DNA of 29,941 nucleotides from Bacteroidales bacterium (GTDB lineage Bacteria; Bacteroidota; Bacteroidia; Bacteroidales; UBA4181): NCBI GenBank assembly GCA_031547815.1, contig JAVBRP010000220.1, positions 1 to 29,941 of the forward strand, read 5' to 3'. Shown piece by piece: positions 26,237 to 29,941 of this stretch (position 1 is its first letter; each line of letters starts with the position of its first letter). The notes under the pieces were generated by a model. It saw only the letters and a program-made list of their open reading frames with translations, ran no database searches and was not told where the DNA came from. The position numbers and the translations under genes were made by a program.

Positions 26237-26672
26237 CGGCAATAATTCTTAACTAAATCTTGATTTTTTGTATTATTCTTCTGTCATGGTTTACTTCCCC
26301 TTTTGCTTTCAGTATTGGTTTTTGGGGAATGTCTATCGAAGATAAAGTGAGAATGAGAGAGAGTGAGAGAGAATAAAAAAGTATCGAAAGTGAGCGTGAG
26401 TGGAAGATACGCGAGTCGTAACGGTTCGCATGTCAATTAATTTTTGGGAGATTCTTATTTAGCAGTGATGTTGCTTTAGCAATGTTATGGTTTTATATGA
26501 AAAATTCTGTCAACTCAAAATATAATGTTACCCTTAGTGTGTGTTGAAAATATAACTTATTGATAAATTTTAAATTAATCGCCTATGGTATAATTCGGTT
26601 CGGTATTATTTGAAAACTTCGCAAGAAGTTTTAAGAATGTTTTAATTACAGATTATTCAAAATGTTAAATTT

Positions 26673-29600
26673 ATGAAAAGTAAGTACAGATCTATATCTC
26701 AATTTAACTTATCAAATGGTAGGCGATTGCTGCTTACCGTGAAATTATTATTATTTTTATTTTTCCTTTCTTCCGGAAATATCTTTGCCGGAGAAAAAGA
26801 GGTTATTCACCCTGCCCTCGGGCAACAACAGTTGACCATAACCGGCACTATCGCCGATGAAACGGGCGAACCCATGCCCGGCGTGAACGTGGTCATCAGC
26901 GGTACCACCACCGGGGTCACTTCCGATATGGACGGTAAGTTTACGGTAAAAGTTCCCAATGAACAAACCGTTTTGGTGATCACCTTCGTCGGCTACACCG
27001 AACAACGGATTACGGTCGGGCAACAGCGGATTATTTCGGTTGTCATGAAAGAATCCGTGAAGGAAATAGGCGAAGTTGTGGTGGTCGGATACGGCGTTCA
27101 AAAGAAAGAAAGTGTTGTAGGAGCTATCACGCAGGTCGGTAATAAAGACCTGGTCAGAGCGGGAAGTTCTAACGTGACTACGGCTTTAGCCGGTAAGTTG
27201 TCGGGGGTATTGACCATGCAACAATCCGGTAAACCGGGCGATAACGATGCCGAAATCATCGTTCGCGGTCTTTCGAGTTGGAACGGTTCGAAACCTTTGG
27301 TGTTGGTGGATGGAGTGGAACGCGATTTTACGGATCTGGACCCGAACGAGATCAATACCATTTCCGTATTGAAAGACGCTTCGGCGACAGCCGTATTCGG
27401 GGCGAAAGGCGCCAACGGCGTTATCATCGTCACTACCAAAAGAGGACGTATCGGCAAGCCTACCGTCGACATATCCGCATCCTACGGTGTGGAAACGGCT
27501 ACCAGAATACCCGATCACATCGACTCGTACACCACCATGAGCATGTATAATTACGGCTTAAAGAACCAAAAACAATTTTCAGAGATCATGTCGGATGCCG
27601 TATTGCAGGAATATAAAAACCCGTCGAGCGCCATCAACTCGTTGCGCTATCCCAATGTGAACTGGTTCGACGTGTTGACCAAAAAGGTCGCCCCGACGGC
27701 TACCGCCAACTTCAATATTACGGGAGGAACGGATTTCGTGAAATATTTCTGTTCGTTAGGCTATTCATACGAAGGCGACCTTTTTAAATCGGTTTCCGAC
27801 GGGTATACCTCCTCCGCGTACAAGTATCATCGTCTGAACTATCGGGCAAACCTCGATTTTGCGCTCACGCAAACCACCGGTTTGGAATTCAATATCGGCG
27901 GAGACCTCGGCTTGCAAAATCAACCTAAAACCGACCCGTGGCGACATCTGTACCAATCGGGGCCGTCAAGGTTCCCGGCTTATTTCCCCGCATGGGCGCT
28001 GGATGAGATACCCGATTTGGATTACCCCGACGCCGAGGGCGTACGGTTGGCATACCGGTTGTCCGAATATACGGATAACCCGTATAACATGTTCAACCAA
28101 GGGGACTTCAACCAATACACCACATCCAAGCTGTTCACCGACTTGGCGCTCAACCAAAAGTTGGACTTTATCACCGAAGGATTATCGGTAAAAGGAAAAG
28201 TTTCCTTGAGTACCTACTATAAAATGCGTACGCTTTATTCGGATTATTCTTACCCCAAGTATTCCATCGATTGGGATAAGATCGGCACCGGCCAAAATCC
28301 GTGGGTGAGAGACGGCGCCAACGACAAGGTATACATCCTGCCTCCGGTCGACCTCAATGTAGGCGTTTTGGAAGGAGGTTATTATACCGATCTTTATTAC
28401 GAGCTTTCCCTGAATTATGCACGGACCTTCGAAGACCATGCGGTAAGCGGACTTTTCCTGTTCAACCGGCAACAGAAAAACGAAGAAGCCAAATTCCCGT
28501 ATTATAACGAAGCATGGGTAGGGCGGGCCACTTACGGTTATGCCAACAAATACCTGTTTGAAGTCAACCTCGGATATACCGGTTCCGAGCGTTTCGCTCC
28601 GAGCAATCGTTTCGGATTTTTCCCGTCGGCGGCTGTCGGCTGGGTTGTTTCCGAAGAAAGGTTCTTCAAAAACAACATCTCGTGGATGAACAAGTTGAAA
28701 ATCCGTTATTCCGACGGGATAGTCGGCAGCGATACCGCCGGCGACCGTTGGTTGTATCAAAGCAGTTATTTCAACGACAACCAACCTAAACTGCAGGAAG
28801 ACAAACGCCCTAACCTTACGGCGCAATGGGAAACCGCTCGCAAACGCGATATCGGGATCGAGTTGGCTTTTTTCGACAACCTGATCACCTTCAATGTCGA
28901 CTTTTTTGACGAGCACCGCGAGAACATTCTTGTGAACCGGCGATCGGTTACGTTCCTGGTGGGAAATACCTTCAAAGACATGAATCTGGGCGAGACCAAG
29001 AAGCACGGGTTTGAAGTGGAAGCAAAGTTCAATAAAACGACGCCCTCCGGGTTGAATTATTATGTGAGCGGCATTTTCGGATTCAACGAGAATCGGATCA
29101 TATTTAAGGACGACTTGCCGTATGCTCCGGAGCACAGAAAGGATGCCGGCAAGCCGATGGAATCGCAAAAGAACGGATCGAAAGTGGTCGACGGCGGTTA
29201 TTACACATCGGTGGACGATATCCACAATTATGTGACACCCGTAACGGTTGAAGGACTCAGTGTGGGCGATTACAAATTCCTGGATTATTCGGCCGACGGA
29301 TCGATCAATAATATGGACCAGTTTCCGATCAAAGGGAACTTGTATCCCCCGATCACCTACTCTTTTTCCGGCGGGGTTACCTATAAAAACTTTGAATTCA
29401 ACATCATGTTTCAAGGCAACTACGGCAAATATGTCAATTTCAACCAGATTTACGAAACGGAGTTCGTGAAGGGCAGCTGGCGCGTACACGCATCGCAATT
29501 GGATTATTGGACGCCTCTGAACACCGGCGCCAACCATGCAACGATCCACTACTACGGCACGGGCGACAACCCGCAGTTGATGTGGGGCGGCGGCGAAGCA

Positions 29601-29867
29601 GACAAAGGCTATAATTTGATGCTCGAAAACCGTTATTGGAGAGATGCCAGCTATTTGCGCCTGAAGGAAATATATGCAGGGTATACTTTTCATCCCAAAT
29701 TCCTGAACAACCTGATCGGCGTGGATAAATTGCTGGTATACGGCACGGCCAACAACGTGCTCACTTTTACCAATCTGATTGAAGGAGACCCGGAACGAAA
29801 AGACTTTCAACAAGGCTTTTATCCGACCCTTATGTCGTTCAAATTAGGTTTGAAAATGATTTTTTAA
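26673..29867 (+). CDS. SusC-like TonB-dependent transporter (no N-terminal signalling domain)
   Basis: EPMPGVNV, EVVVVGYGVQKKESVVGAI, VLKDASATAVFGAKGANGVIIVTTKRG, YLRLKEIYAGY, C-terminal LGLKMIF. Confidence 0.96.
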   Translation: MKSKYRSISQFNLSNGRRLLLTVKLLLFLFFLSSGNIFAGEKEVIHPALGQQQLTITGTIADETGEPMPGVNVVISGTTTGVTSDMDGKFTVKVPNEQTVLVITFVGYTEQRITVGQQRIISVVMKESVKEIGEVVVVGYGVQKKESVVGAITQVGNKDLVRAGSSNVTTALAGKLSGVLTMQQSGKPGDNDAEIIVRGLSSWNGSKPLVLVDGVERDFTDLDPNEINTISVLKDASATAVFGAKGANGVIIVTTKRGRIGKPTVDISASYGVETATRIPDHIDSYTTMSMYNYGLKNQKQFSEIMSDAVLQEYKNPSSAINSLRYPNVNWFDVLTKKVAPTATANFNITGGTDFVKYFCSLGYSYEGDLFKSVSDGYTSSAYKYHRLNYRANLDFALTQTTGLEFNIGGDLGLQNQPKTDPWRHLYQSGPSRFPAYFPAWALDEIPDLDYPDAEGVRLAYRLSEYTDNPYNMFNQGDFNQYTTSKLFTDLALNQKLDFITEGLSVKGKVSLSTYYKMRTLYSDYSYPKYSIDWDKIGTGQNPWVRDGANDKVYILPPVDLNVGVLEGGYYTDLYYELSLNYARTFEDHAVSGLFLFNRQQKNEEAKFPYYNEAWVGRATYGYANKYLFEVNLGYTGSERFAPSNRFGFFPSAAVGWVVSEERFFKNNISWMNKLKIRYSDGIVGSDTAGDRWLYQSSYFNDNQPKLQEDKRPNLTAQWETARKRDIGIELAFFDNLITFNVDFFDEHRENILVNRRSVTFLVGNTFKDMNLGETKKHGFEVEAKFNKTTPSGLNYYVSGIFGFNENRIIFKDDLPYAPEHRKDAGKPMESQKNGSKVVDGGYYTSVDDIHNYVTPVTVEGLSVGDYKFLDYSADGSINNMDQFPIKGNLYPPITYSFSGGVTYKNFEFNIMFQGNYGKYVNFNQIYETEFVKGSWRVHASQLDYWTPLNTGANHATIHYYGTGDNPQLMWGGGEADKGYNLMLENRYWRDASYLRLKEIYAGYTFHPKFLNNLIGVDKLLVYGTANNVLTFTNLIEGDPERKDFQQGFYPTLMSFKLGLKMIF

Positions 29868-29894
29868 ATGATTCAAACACAAATAAGAAGTAGA

Positions 29895-29941
29895 ATGAAA
29901 AAATATATCCTTATTATATGTTGCGCCATTCTTGCATTTTC
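29895..29941 (+). CDS. Start of probable SusD-like lipoprotein (truncated by window edge)
   Basis: ATG 27 nt after the susC stop; MKKYILIICCAILAF is a signal-peptide-like N-terminus. Confidence 0.6.
   Translation, partial: MKKYILIICCAILAF

Overview
A Bacteroidota (Bacteroidales-like) chromosomal window. It begins with rpsF(partial)-rpsR-rplI and an ectoine-type aspartokinase with no ectABC in the window. Next is an AT-rich two-gene restriction-modification insert (XRE-HTH/C5-cytosine methyltransferase with an apparently duplicated target-recognition region, plus an HNH endonuclease), whose promoter and start codon lie inside a 14-bp perfect inverted repeat. Then come gmk, yicC, a CarbopepD_reg-like exported protein and a GT4. 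The rest is a polysaccharide utilisation locus: ECF sigma, FecR, SusC with an N-terminal signalling domain, SusD, GH106 and GH78 rhamnosidases, a URO-D-like protein and alkaline phosphatase, followed by a LytTR gene remnant and a second SusC/SusD. Between SusD and GH106 is the least explained part: a degenerate 21-nt-period array in two head-to-head blocks, a nested MITE/REP element, and an antisense 155-aa orphan gene. Several REP-like palindrome families fill the intergenic gaps. I saw no CRISPR array, tRNA, rRNA, transposase, integrase or reverse transcriptase. All family assignments are from motif recognition by eye; no database search was run.
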